The notes: a model not told the origin generated them from the letters alone. Counted from the first letter of the stretch, positions 18,625 through 27,753 are shown. The stretch is DNA of 64,000 nucleotides from an uncultured Thermococci archaeon (GCA_964549615.1 CAZJVP010000090.1:8107-72106), one strand, 5' to 3'. Translations and numbers: made by a program.

Positions 18625-18698
18625 CGTTGGATGGGCGCAGACAGATGGACACATGGGCTCGGCAGATAGATGGTAGATGGGGTAGATGGTAGATGGGG
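18625..18698. repeat. Array of AGATGG hexamer repeats, including a perfect tandem (tagatggtagatgggg x2), in the divergent promoter region; candidate transcription-factor binding array
   Basis: Read directly: cagacAGATGGacacatgggctcggcAGATAGATGGtAGATGGggtAGATGGtAGATGGgg, followed by the TATA-like cttttat at ~18704. Confidence 0.5.
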
Positions 18699-18745
18699 AA
18701 AGTCTTTTATCCCGACCACATGACGCCGCGACCGGGCCAGGGCCC

Positions 18746-20359
18746 ATGCCACGGGAGGGTTTCGTTGCGGAGGCCAAGCGGAAGCTGCTAGTTGCCCTCA
18801 GGATGCTGGGCGGCGAGAGACCTGCCAAGGCTTTCCCTGGCACCGAAAAGAAGATTGGGGAGATTATTCTTGAGGCCCGGGGCATCCGCAAGGTCTTCCC
18901 GGGCGTAATCGCCAACGACGGGGTCGACCTCGTCGTCAGGGCAGGCGAGATACACGCCCTGCTAGGTGAGAACGGGGCGGGCAAGACGACCCTAGTCAAG
19001 ATCCTCTACGGCGTCTACTCGCCGGACGAGGGGGAGATAAGACTAGGGGGCCGGCCGGTGAAGATCGGGTCACCCAGGGATGCAAGGGACCTCGGCATAG
19101 GAATGGTTCACCAGCATTTCATGCTCTCCGAGCCCAACACGGTTGCGGAGAACGTGGCGCTTGGCCTGCCGGAGGGACGAATCCTCCTTCCCGAGGAGGA
19201 AGTCAAGAGGCGGATCAAGGATTTCTCGGGCGTGTACGGACTGAGCGTCGACCCACAGGCGAAGGTCTGGCAGCTATCCGCCGGGGAGAAGCAAAAGATC
19301 GAAATACTCAAGGCCCTCATGGCAGGCGCAAGGCTGCTCATCCTGGACGAGCCGACGGCCGTTCTCACGCCTCTCGAGACCGAGGAGCTTTTCTCCGCGC
19401 TCAGGCTGATGGCCAAACAGGGCAAGGCGGTCATCTTCATAACGCACAAGCTCGACGAGGTACTGTCCGTGGCGGACTGCGTCACCGTCCTCAGGAAGGG
19501 CAAGGTCGTGGGCCACGTCAGGACACCGGACACTGATCGCACGCAGTTGGCCAACATGATGGTTGGCGCTGAGATCGCGCCCTCGAAGAGGCCGCCTGCC
19601 ACCACGGGAGAGGTGGTGCTTGAAGTCATCGGACTGTCGGTAGTGGGCGATCGAGGGAACCAGGCATGTCGAGACCTGACCTTCAGCGTACGGGCTGGAG
19701 AGATACTGGGGATCGCAGGAGTGGCTGGAAATGGCCAGCGAGAGCTCGTGGAGGCGCTGGCCGGGATCAGAAGCGTAGCATCGGGCTCCGTGAGGATCCT
19801 AGGTCGGGACGTCACCAACCAGGGGCCCAGGACCATCGCGAACCTTGGCGTGGCTTACATTCCAGAGGACAGGATAGGCATGGGAATCGTTCCCGACATG
19901 ACCGTCAAGGAGAATCTAATTCTACGGAAGTACTGGCAGCCCGAGTTCTCGAGCGGAATGGTCCTGGATCGGAGCGCCATTGAGGGCTACGCTCGCGAGA
20001 TGATACAAGCCTACGACATCATGACGCCAAGCCCGGACACCGTTGCCCGAAAGCTTTCGGGCGGAAACATACAGAGGCTGATCCTTGCTAGGGAAACCTC
20101 CGGCCGCCCCAGGCTCATCATAGCCTCCCATCCGACCTCCGGGCTCGACGTCAAGGCCACCAGCGACATCCGGGCCAGACTGCTCCAAGCGGCGAGCGAC
20201 GGTTCGGCCATATTGTTGGACTCCGAGGACCTGGAGGAGATATTCGAACTCAGCGACAGGATCGCGGTCATCGTCAGAGGAGAGTTCGTGGGCATCGTCC
20301 CCAGGTCGGAGGCGACCGTCGAGAAGATAGGCCTGATGATGGGAGGGGCGAAGGCGTGA
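18746..20359 (+). CDS. ABC transporter ATP-binding protein with two fused ABC domains (BMP-family/nucleoside or sugar type)
   Basis: Two Walker A motifs (GENGAGKTT and a second P-loop), signature LSAGEKQK/LSGGNIQR, and Walker B ILDEPT. The track start 18686 lies inside the repeat array; the ATG at 18746 follows the TATA element, and 18803 is an alternative. Confidence 0.8.
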   Translation: MPREGFVAEAKRKLLVALRMLGGERPAKAFPGTEKKIGEIILEARGIRKVFPGVIANDGVDLVVRAGEIHALLGENGAGKTTLVKILYGVYSPDEGEIRLGGRPVKIGSPRDARDLGIGMVHQHFMLSEPNTVAENVALGLPEGRILLPEEEVKRRIKDFSGVYGLSVDPQAKVWQLSAGEKQKIEILKALMAGARLLILDEPTAVLTPLETEELFSALRLMAKQGKAVIFITHKLDEVLSVADCVTVLRKGKVVGHVRTPDTDRTQLANMMVGAEIAPSKRPPATTGEVVLEVIGLSVVGDRGNQACRDLTFSVRAGEILGIAGVAGNGQRELVEALAGIRSVASGSVRILGRDVTNQGPRTIANLGVAYIPEDRIGMGIVPDMTVKENLILRKYWQPEFSSGMVLDRSAIEGYAREMIQAYDIMTPSPDTVARKLSGGNIQRLILARETSGRPRLIIASHPTSGLDVKATSDIRARLLQAASDGSAILLDSEDLEEIFELSDRIAVIVRGEFVGIVPRSEATVEKIGLMMGGAKA

Positions 20360-21453
20360 ACCCGCTTGCGGGAATCCGACGCGGAATCCCAAGGATCTCG
20401 GTGCAGAAGAGGCGGGAGCCCCTCACCTCGAGGCAGGGTTTCGTGCTCATGCTCTCGGCCGTTGCCGCGGGCATCCTGCTTGGGGGACTGATGTTCAGCC
20501 TCGTGGGCGTGAGTCCCCTATACGCCTACGGCAAGATCCTTCAGGGATCCTTTGGCAGCCCCCAGGGCTGGAAGGAGATAGGGAGGAAGTGTATCCCGTT
20601 GATGATGGCCGGCGTGGGCCTCGTGATAGCGTTCAGGGCGGTCTTCTGGAACATAGGAGCCGAGGGCCAAATGCTCGTCGGAGCCGTCGGTGCGACTTGG
20701 ATCGCCCTGAGCTTCAAGGACGCGCCATCCTGGCTCCTGTTGCCGAGCATGTTCGCGATCGGCCTTGCCTTCGGCGCCCTTTTTTGCATAATCCCGGCCG
20801 TCCTGCGGTCCAAGTTCAACGTGAACGAAGTCATAACCACCCTCATGCTCAACTACATCGCGATGCAACTCGTGTCCTACCTGATCGACGGGCCGTGGAA
20901 GGGCAAGACCCAGCATGGATACCCGTACACCGACCCGTTCGTGGAGGCCGCCCGCATCCCTCGGATCCCCGGCACATACATCCACTATCCGACCCTCATC
21001 ATGGCCGTCGTCGCGTGTATCGTGCTATACCATTTCCTAGAGAGGACGAAGGCAGGCTACGAAATCAAGGTTACCGGTTACACTTCACGGGCGGCACAGT
21101 ACGCAGGGATAAGCTACACGAGAACCTTGCTGATAGTAGGCCTCATCAGCGGCGGGCTGGCCGGCGCAGCGGGGGTCGGGGAGGTCGCCGGCGTCCACGG
21201 CAGGTTGATGTACCCGTACTACATCTCCGGCGGATACGGATTCACTGCCATCATCGTTGCCTGGCTAGCAAGGCTCCATCCCGCCGGGGTGATCGTCTCA
21301 AGCATGTTCGTGTCAGCCATCTTGGTGGGCGGCGACGCGATGCGCCTGAGGGTTCCGCTCGCATCGGTGAACATCTTCACGGGGCTTATCCTTCTGATGC
21401 TCGTCAGCACCGAGATCCTACGCACGCATTCCATCAAAGTGACCTGGGGGTGA
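20356..21453 (+). CDS. ABC transporter permease (BMP-family system)
   Basis: Polytopic membrane protein. Its GTG start overlaps the ATPase stop codon. Confidence 0.75.
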   Translation: MNPLAGIRRGIPRISVQKRREPLTSRQGFVLMLSAVAAGILLGGLMFSLVGVSPLYAYGKILQGSFGSPQGWKEIGRKCIPLMMAGVGLVIAFRAVFWNIGAEGQMLVGAVGATWIALSFKDAPSWLLLPSMFAIGLAFGALFCIIPAVLRSKFNVNEVITTLMLNYIAMQLVSYLIDGPWKGKTQHGYPYTDPFVEAARIPRIPGTYIHYPTLIMAVVACIVLYHFLERTKAGYEIKVTGYTSRAAQYAGISYTRTLLIVGLISGGLAGAAGVGEVAGVHGRLMYPYYISGGYGFTAIIVAWLARLHPAGVIVSSMFVSAILVGGDAMRLRVPLASVNIFTGLILLMLVSTEILRTHSIKVTWG

Positions 21454-21480
21454 AACGGCACGACACTCCTTGATCAGGCG

Positions 21481-22389
21481 TTGTTCATTCTTCACAGGAC
21501 GGTTGCCTTCGGGACGCCGCTTCTGCTGGCCACGCTGGGCGAGATCGTCGCAGAGCGGTCCGGGGTTCTCAACCTAGGGGTGGAGGGGATGATGTCCGTG
21601 GGAGCGATAACCGCCTTCGCCACATCGATCGTCACGGGCAACCCTTGGGCCGGCGTGCTCGTCGGTGCCATCTGCGTCGGCTTCCTCTCGCTGCTCCACT
21701 CCTTCGCCAGCATCAACCTGAGGGCCAACCAGGTGGTCTCGGGCCTCGCGCTGACCATGCTCGGCCTTGGGATCAGCGGCCTTCTCGGGAAGCGCTACGT
21801 GGGTATGCCGCCCGGCGGCACCATAAAAGCCATGAGGCTACCCGTCCTCAGCAGGATCCCGATCCTGGGCGATATCTTCTTCAATCAGGATGCGCTGGTG
21901 TATCTCTCGATCGCGCTCGCACTGCTCATCTGGTTTGTCCTCTCCAAGACTAGGATCGGCCTCAACATAAGGGTGGTCGGGGAGAATCCGGCGGCCGCGG
22001 ATGTGTCGGGAATCAGCGTCTATGGCATTCGCCACCTGTGCGTCTTCGTCGGAGGGCTTCTCGCTGGGGTTGCGGGGGCCTACCTTTCCCTGGTCTACAT
22101 ACCTTCGTGGACCGAGGGGATGACGGGTGGCCGCGGGTGGATAGTCATCGGGCTCACGATCTTCGCCTTCTGGAGCCCCCTGCGGGCCATCGTTTGCTCC
22201 TACATCTTCGGGCTCTTCTACGTTCTTCCTTACAGCCTGCAGCCCCTGGGAATACACGTGAGCATCCTGCAGTCGATGCCCTATATCGTCACCATTCTTT
22301 CCCTTGTGGCAATATCGAGAGAGTCGTTGAGGAAACGCATGGGCGCACCGCAGGCCCTCTCCAAGGCCTACGTCCGTGAGGAGATCTGA
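21481..22389 (+). CDS. ABC transporter permease, second subunit
   Basis: Polytopic membrane protein following the first permease in the operon. Confidence 0.75.
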   Translation: MFILHRTVAFGTPLLLATLGEIVAERSGVLNLGVEGMMSVGAITAFATSIVTGNPWAGVLVGAICVGFLSLLHSFASINLRANQVVSGLALTMLGLGISGLLGKRYVGMPPGGTIKAMRLPVLSRIPILGDIFFNQDALVYLSIALALLIWFVLSKTRIGLNIRVVGENPAAADVSGISVYGIRHLCVFVGGLLAGVAGAYLSLVYIPSWTEGMTGGRGWIVIGLTIFAFWSPLRAIVCSYIFGLFYVLPYSLQPLGIHVSILQSMPYIVTILSLVAISRESLRKRMGAPQALSKAYVREEI

Positions 22390-22626
22390 CCTCATTCGCC
22401 GCCTGAAAGGGTGGCAAGCCAGAAGCAACGGAACGAGTGCGGGGCCCCACTTCCCCAAGCCCTCTTCGCGGGCCTTCTCTTAGCGACTGGTCCGTGCCCG
22501 TCGTTGTCAATATCGTCCTTGACCTCAAGGTCCTGGGGGGTAGGGAGGGGAATGTGACGCCGGAAATCTTTTTCAACCGGGAAACGACTCAATCGGACGG
22601 CGCTAAGCGCCCCAGGAGAGGGTTTA

Positions 22627-23823
22627 GTGGGTGAAAAGCTCAACTATGTGATAGTGGCCGTCGTCGTGGCCGTGATCGCCGTGGTAGCTACCTACTACCT
22701 CGCGCCTGGGAAAGCTGCCAAGAACGTCACCGAGATGAAGAAGGTCAAGGCTGGCTTCATCTACGTTGGACCGATCGGAGACCTGGGATGGACGAACGCG
22801 CACGACAGGGCAAGGAGAATCGTCGACGAGAAATTCGACTGGCTCGAAACGGTGTACATCGAATCGGTGCCAATCGACCAGACGGGGGCGATGATCGACA
22901 GGCTGATCAACGACGAGAAGTGCGACATCATCTTCACCACGAGCTTCGACTTCATGGAGCCAACCGTCGAAGCTGCAAAGAACCACCCTTCAACGGTGTT
23001 CATGCACTGTTCCGGCTACAAGACTGCGGAGAACCTTGGAGTCTACTTCGCCGACTTCTACCAGCTCTACTACCTCAATGGTCTGATGGCAGGGGCACTC
23101 ACCAAGACAGGCAAACTGGGCTACGTCGGTGCACACCCGATTCCCGAGGTGCTGCGCCACATCAACGCGTTCGCCATTGGAGCCAAGGAGGTCAACCCCA
23201 ACGCCAAGGTCTACGTGCGCTGGATCAACAACTGGTACGATCCGACGAAGGCCAAGGAGGCGGCGAACGCCCTAGTGGGTGAGGGCTGCGACGTCCTTGC
23301 CTTCACGGAGGACTCGGCAACCGTGGTTCAGGAGGCTGAGAGGTTCACCAACGAGGGCAAGCAGGTGTACTCCTTCAGCCACTACAGCCCGATGGGGAAC
23401 TTCGGAAACAACTCGTGCGTCAGCGGCCAGCTGGTCCACTGGGAGGACCTCTACGAGATCATATTGCAGCGGTTCTACACGGGTACGTGGGACAACCGTG
23501 CCTACGACTACCTGCTCTCAGAGGGAGGCGTCGAACTCGGTGCTAGGTTCGGGGAACCCATCAATCCCAAGTTCATCCCCGACCTCAAGGCAAAGAAAGT
23601 GAACGACCGACTGCTTGGCGAGATAAGCGTCTATGACCTTGTCATGAAGAGAATCGAGCAGATGAAACAGACCTCGGTCGCCTTCGATCCTTTCACAGGG
23701 CCCATCTACGACCAGAACGGGAACCTCAAGTTCAGGGATGGCGAGAGGGCTAGCTATGCCGCCCTCTACGGAGCCGACATGAACTGGTTCGTCGACAACG
23801 TCGTGGGCAGCCCAAGCGGCTAG
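22627..23823 (+). CDS. BMP-family (PnrA/Med-like) substrate-binding protein, N-terminally TM-anchored
   Basis: TM anchor, then GFIYVGPIGDLGWTNAHD... typical of basic-membrane-protein nucleoside-binding proteins. Last gene of the operon. Confidence 0.8.
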   Translation: MGEKLNYVIVAVVVAVIAVVATYYLAPGKAAKNVTEMKKVKAGFIYVGPIGDLGWTNAHDRARRIVDEKFDWLETVYIESVPIDQTGAMIDRLINDEKCDIIFTTSFDFMEPTVEAAKNHPSTVFMHCSGYKTAENLGVYFADFYQLYYLNGLMAGALTKTGKLGYVGAHPIPEVLRHINAFAIGAKEVNPNAKVYVRWINNWYDPTKAKEAANALVGEGCDVLAFTEDSATVVQEAERFTNEGKQVYSFSHYSPMGNFGNNSCVSGQLVHWEDLYEIILQRFYTGTWDNRAYDYLLSEGGVELGARFGEPINPKFIPDLKAKKVNDRLLGEISVYDLVMKRIEQMKQTSVAFDPFTGPIYDQNGNLKFRDGERASYAALYGADMNWFVDNVVGSPSG

Positions 23824-23847
23824 AGCTTTCCCAGAAAGAACATAGGC

Positions 23848-23880
23848 TGGGCGGCCAAGACCGCCCCTCTTTTTTTCGTT
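23848..23880 (+). terminator. Hairpin plus oligo-T terminator after the ABC operon
   Basis: gggcggccaagaccgccc stem-loop immediately followed by ctcttttttt. Confidence 0.45.
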
Positions 23881-24102
23881 TCCCCTATGCCCATCCGCAT
23901 GGAGCTGCGGCGTCAAGGAATCGGCCGGCTTTTTCCCTCATCGGCGATCGATCGCGATCAGCCACGCGTCCCGCGGCTTGAACCGCAGGCCAAACCGGCA
24001 AGGATCCCGACCAGGGCTGGGCCGCCGAAGGCAGGCCCGCGAGCGATGCGCAGCACGTGACCCTGAGGCGCGTGGGATACAATTTTCAGGCCTGCCCAAA
24101 AC

Positions 24103-24417
24103 GTGGAAGCGTTGCCCGAGCAGGACGCAGCGAACCGGATCGAGGCGGCCATCCGAAGGGAGAGGCGGCCCTTGAGGCTGTCTGAACTCAGGAAGTTGCT
24201 GGGACTGGACCGTTCCGAGTCCGGTCGCCTACTCCGAATACTAAGGGAGGACGGCAGGTTCTATAGGGTCGGGTCCTCCTGGCACGCAAGGGGAGCCCCT
24301 CTCAAGATCACGGTCAGGTTCTGCCCGAACTGCGGCTGGAAGGCGGTCAAGTATGGAGGGGGCTTCTATCGCTGCCCGAACTGCCAGATCAGGTTCCACT
24401 TCACATGGCTGGCTTGA
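24103..24417 (+). CDS. Small putative DNA-binding protein with C-terminal zinc ribbon
   Basis: 104 aa. Basic/helical N-terminal half, then C-terminal CPNCGW...CPNC, a four-Cys ribbon. Confidence 0.4.
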   Translation: MEALPEQDAANRIEAAIRRERRPLRLSELRKLLGLDRSESGRLLRILREDGRFYRVGSSWHARGAPLKITVRFCPNCGWKAVKYGGGFYRCPNCQIRFHFTWLA

Positions 24418-24425
24418 TGGCCGGC

Positions 24426-25022
24426 TCAGCTCCCGGCCCCGTAAACGATGAAGAGGAAAGTCTCCACGCCGGCGGCCACGATGAGGAGCAGCAACACGAT
24501 CAAGAATGAGCCCAGGACCTTTCTCAGGTCAGACACAAGGATTCTGGTCGGCGCCTCGCCCTCGCCCTTCATCCAGTACCGTACGACGAGGAAGGCATCG
24601 CTTCCCAGAAGGAACCCGAACGATCCCGCCAAGAAGGTCGCTGGGAGTTCGAATGCGCCGTGGGGAAGGATGGCAGTCAGAAAGTTGAGAACCGGCTTCT
24701 CCGATCTGGCAAGGACGATGCCCAATGGCAGCCCGTTCACCAGTAATATGAAGGCGGGGGGTATCCCGAAAACGATGCCCCCGAAGGCCATCAGCACGCA
24801 TATCGAGAGATTGTGAACCAGTATCTTTGAGAAGATCCTGCCCGGCCCCCGTGTGTTTTCGAAGTCCGCCTGCATCCTCTCCGCCACGATATGGTGAAGC
24901 CTGTCAGCGAGGGCGGGCTTCAAAGTGTCGATCATGACCCCCGCGACAAACCCGACCAGGTATAGGCCGATCGCTGCGAGGATCATTTTCTTCCTCAGGG
25001 CGGTCTTTCTTCCCACAGACAT
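24426..25022 (-). CDS. SpoIIM/DUF95-family integral membrane protein
   Basis: Multi-TM protein with a DUF95-like pattern (...IVFGIPPAFILLVNGLPLGIVLA...). The start is probably the ATG at 25022 or 24986 rather than the TTG at 25067. Confidence 0.5.
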   Translation of the reverse strand: MSVGRKTALRKKMILAAIGLYLVGFVAGVMIDTLKPALADRLHHIVAERMQADFENTRGPGRIFSKILVHNLSICVLMAFGGIVFGIPPAFILLVNGLPLGIVLARSEKPVLNFLTAILPHGAFELPATFLAGSFGFLLGSDAFLVVRYWMKGEGEAPTRILVSDLRKVLGSFLIVLLLLIVAAGVETFLFIVYGAGS

Positions 25023-25041
25023 TCCAATGGTCGCCAGATTT

Positions 25042-25076
25042 TGAAATAGATATTCCCAACGATGCAATCTATTTCA
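25042..25076. promoter_or_regulatory. Inverted repeat TGAAATAGAT-N15-ATCTATTTCA in an AT-rich promoter region
   Basis: Perfect 10-bp arms read directly. Lies immediately upstream of the DUF95 gene start and ~70 nt upstream of the BRE/TATA element (aaaaaagctatttata, 25133-25149) that faces the RNase P RNA candidate. Confidence 0.35.
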
Positions 25077-25169
25077 GAATTCCCACAATCTATTCTTTGG
25101 GAATGTCGCGAGGAAATCGCAACCGTCTGAGCAAAAAAGCTATTTATACCCGCCACGGATAACTATAAT

Positions 25170-25640
25170 GCTACACGTCATTGGGTCCCACGGAGAGTAA
25201 CTGGTGAATCCCGAGCGATGATCCGTCGGACAACCCCGCGTAGCAACAGGGAACGCTGACACGACCCTCCGCGAGGACACCTGGGCAGAGGGAGGATCGA
25301 CCGCACGAGGAAGCCCGGGGGTTAGTGCCGAGGGGTACAGGCGCTCCCACGCCGGGGAGGCGGCGTAGCAAGAGGTGTATAGGGAGGTTCGCAAGAGTCA
25401 AGGTAATCTCGACTCGGATCACTTATCGAATCGGGTAAGGGAGGATGAAATCGAACTCAAGATAACCTTGGGGCGCAAGAGGGACATCGAAGGGATCGGT
25501 GCCGCTGATCTTTGGCCGTACTCCGCATATCTTCACGGATGGAATGGTTGGGTAGTCACAGGACACGTGGCCTGCGCTTAGGACGCTCATCGATATCGAT
25601 GCTACGGGGACTCGTGAGCGCGCACATCCGGGCGGGGATC
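25170..25640 (+). ncRNA. rnpB: Candidate RNase P RNA (archaeal type A-like); boundaries approximate
   Basis: ~580-nt gap with no coding capacity, preceded by a BRE/TATA element. Segments resemble RNase P conserved regions in the correct 5' to 3' order. GAGGAAGCCCGGGGG resembles CR-I GAGGAAAGUCCGGGCUCC. GGGUAAGGGAGGAUGAAAUCG resembles GGUAAGGGUGAAA. GGAUGGAAUGGUUG resembles GAUGAAUGAUUG. CACAGGACACGUGGCCUGCGCUUA resembles CR-V ACAGAAnCCGGCUUA. A P4 pairing GCCCGG/CUGCGC is possible. All comparisons are by eye from memory of consensus sequences. Confidence 0.5.
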
Positions 25641-25727
25641 ATGCGGCAATTCCTGAGATCTCCCGAGCAGCGCTGAGAAAGCCTCCTTCTGTCGTTTCGT
25701 CTCCGAGCCGGGATTACGATATGGGAA

Positions 25728-26906
25728 GTGGTGATAATGGCGATGGAAAAACGCAAGGAAGGCGAAGGGCAACCTGAAACGACCACCACGAAGTATGAGA
25801 TTTACGCTCAGATCGAAACCGACGGGGTCGTTGAGAAGCCCGATGTCATAGGCGCCATCTTCGGCCAAACGGAAGGCCTTCTCGGGGACGACCTGGACCT
25901 CAGGGAGCTCCTCAAGACTGGGCGCATCGGGAGGATAGAGGCGGAAATAACCTCAAGGGGCGGGAAGTCGACGGGCATCATACGACTGCCCAGCAGCTTG
26001 GACAAGATAGAAACTGCAATACTGGCGGCGTCCCTCGAAACCGTGGACAGGGTTGGCCCGTGCGAGGCCCGGATAAACGTCCTTCGCATCGAGGACGTGA
26101 GGGCCGCCAAGAGGAGGGTGCTCGTGGAACGTGCCAAGGCGATACTGAGCAACCTCTTCGAGGACGTTGCGATAGACACCAGCGAGATCAGCAGCGAGAT
26201 AAAGCAATCCTTCAAGGTCGGGGAGATCACCAAGTATGGACCTGAGAACCTTCCCGCTGGGCCGAGCGTGGAGGAGTCGGACTCGCTCATAATTGTGGAG
26301 GGAAGGGCAGACGTCCTAAACCTTCTGAAGAGCGGGATCAAGAACTGCATCGCGGTCGAGGGCACCAACATACCGAAGACGGTCGCGGAGCTTTCCAAGA
26401 AGAAGACCACGATAGCCTTCGTAGACGGGGACAGGGGAGGCGAGCTGATCCTGAGGGAGCTATTGCAGGTCGGCCACGTTGACTACATCGCACAGGCCCC
26501 GCCGGGCAAGAGCGTCGAGGACATGACGCGCAAGGAGATAATCACCGCCCTGAAGAACAGGATCACCGTCGACCAGTATATGTCCCAGCGGGAGAAGAAG
26601 AGGATTGATCAGAGCCCGGAGATGCAGAAGTTCAGGGAACTGCTCCGGTCGATTCAAGGGACCAGGAAGTCCAAGCTTCTGGACGGCGAGCTGAACCCGA
26701 TCGGAGAGGTGGACGTCTCGAACCTGATTGACAGCTTCAAGGGTTCGCAGGGAGTGGTCGCGGTGGTGTTGGATGGGATCATCACGCAGAGGCTCATAGA
26801 TGTGGCTGCGGATGCCAACGTTCGCTACCTGGTCGGGGTCAAGATCGGCAACGTGACGAAGAAGCCGCCCAACCTGAGGATCCTGTCCCAGCGGGACCTT
26901 TCCTAG
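25728..26906 (+). CDS. dnaG: Archaeal DnaG-type DNA primase (TOPRIM domain)
   Basis: TOPRIM motifs IIVEGRADVLNLLKSGIKNCIAVEGTN and AFVDGDRGGELI. Overall archaeal DnaG architecture. Confidence 0.85.
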   Translation: MVIMAMEKRKEGEGQPETTTTKYEIYAQIETDGVVEKPDVIGAIFGQTEGLLGDDLDLRELLKTGRIGRIEAEITSRGGKSTGIIRLPSSLDKIETAILAASLETVDRVGPCEARINVLRIEDVRAAKRRVLVERAKAILSNLFEDVAIDTSEISSEIKQSFKVGEITKYGPENLPAGPSVEESDSLIIVEGRADVLNLLKSGIKNCIAVEGTNIPKTVAELSKKKTTIAFVDGDRGGELILRELLQVGHVDYIAQAPPGKSVEDMTRKEIITALKNRITVDQYMSQREKKRIDQSPEMQKFRELLRSIQGTRKSKLLDGELNPIGEVDVSNLIDSFKGSQGVVAVVLDGIITQRLIDVAADANVRYLVGVKIGNVTKKPPNLRILSQRDLS

Positions 26907-27054
26907 GTTCCTGAGGCGCGCCGGGAGCGGGAAAGCCGGCTGAACCGCTGAAAATATTTATAATGCGCGGTGGGCTATTTGCTGCAGGGGCCGCTGCTGC
27001 TGGAGCTACAATCCGCGATTCCGGCCGGCGGCATCCGGGTTGATTCTCATGCCC

Positions 27055-27753
27055 ATGAGGCCATTCAGGTGTTATCGCAGGCTCGAGCCTAGGCCGTATG
27101 CCAGACGGGATTTCGTCAAGGGGGTGCCTGGCTCCAAGATCGTGACCTTCGACATGGGAGGAAGGATCGAGAAGTTTCCGGTTAAGGTCACGCTGTACGC
27201 GGCTGAAGGCGTGCAGATTCGCCATAATGCGCTCGAGGCCTCCAGAGTCATGGCGAACAGGTATCTTCTCAAGGCTCTCGGGAAGTACGACTATCATCTC
27301 AAGGTTCAAACAGTGCCTCACCACATCCTAAGGGAGAACGCCATGGCAACCGGCGCGGGGGCCGACAGGTATCAGACCGGCATGCGCGAATCCTTCGGGC
27401 GGCCCATTGGCTACGCCGCGCGGGTCAAGCGGGGACAGCCGATCATGACGGTATGGGTGTACTCCGGAAGGGAAAAGGAAGCCCGGGAAGCACTGCGCAG
27501 GGCGAAGATGAAGCTCCCAATGAAGTGCCGCATGGGGGTCGAGTACGTCCAGGTCGACACTTCGAGGCTGGCGAGGATAGCCGAGCTGGAGCGCTTGGAG
27601 AGCGAGCGGGAGGCCAGGCGGGCTGCCGAGGAGGCGGCAAAGGCAGAGGCCGCTGCGAAGATGGCCGTTGAGGCGGCAGAGGGCGGAAAGGTCGAGGAAA
27701 ACAAGGAGGCCGAGGCGGGGAAACGCGCGAGAGCGTCCAAGGAAGAAGCCTAG
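27055..27753 (+). CDS. rpl10e: 50S ribosomal protein L10e (uL16) with an unusual ~55-aa Glu/Ala/Lys-rich C-terminal extension
   Basis: MRPFRCYRRLEPRPYARRDFVKGVPGSKIVTFDMG is the canonical L10e N-terminus. The tail ELERLESEREARRAAEEAAKAEAAAKMAVEAAEGGKVEENKEAEAGKRARASKEEA is beyond the normal length. Confidence 0.85.
   Translation: MRPFRCYRRLEPRPYARRDFVKGVPGSKIVTFDMGGRIEKFPVKVTLYAAEGVQIRHNALEASRVMANRYLLKALGKYDYHLKVQTVPHHILRENAMATGAGADRYQTGMRESFGRPIGYAARVKRGQPIMTVWVYSGREKEAREALRRAKMKLPMKCRMGVEYVQVDTSRLARIAELERLESEREARRAAEEAAKAEAAAKMAVEAAEGGKVEENKEAEAGKRARASKEEA

Noticed and set aside
18686-18745. Track start codon for the ABC ATPase at 18686
   Set aside because: It lies inside the AGATGG repeat array and upstream of the TATA-like element; the ATG at 18746 (or 18803) is more plausible.
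19108-21473. ORFs 19108-19836 (-), 20518-20985 (-), 20589-21473 (+, 294 aa Arg-rich) overlapping the ABC ATPase/permease genes
   Set aside because: Arg/Pro/Gly-rich alternative frames in high-GC coding sequence. The ABC motifs (Walker A/B, LSGGQ-like) and TM segments are in the chosen frames.
22400-22626. 227-nt intergenic region upstream of the binding-protein gene, considered as a small RNA or riboswitch
   Set aside because: No recognisable conserved motif or strong hairpins. Likely just an internal promoter/spacer region of the operon.
25130-25700. Alternative identity of the structured non-coding region as SRP (7S) RNA
   Set aside because: No GGAAGG.AGCA helix-8 type motif or 5' GGGG start was seen, whereas several RNase P-like blocks are colinear. 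The RNase P call is kept, with SRP as the fallback to test.
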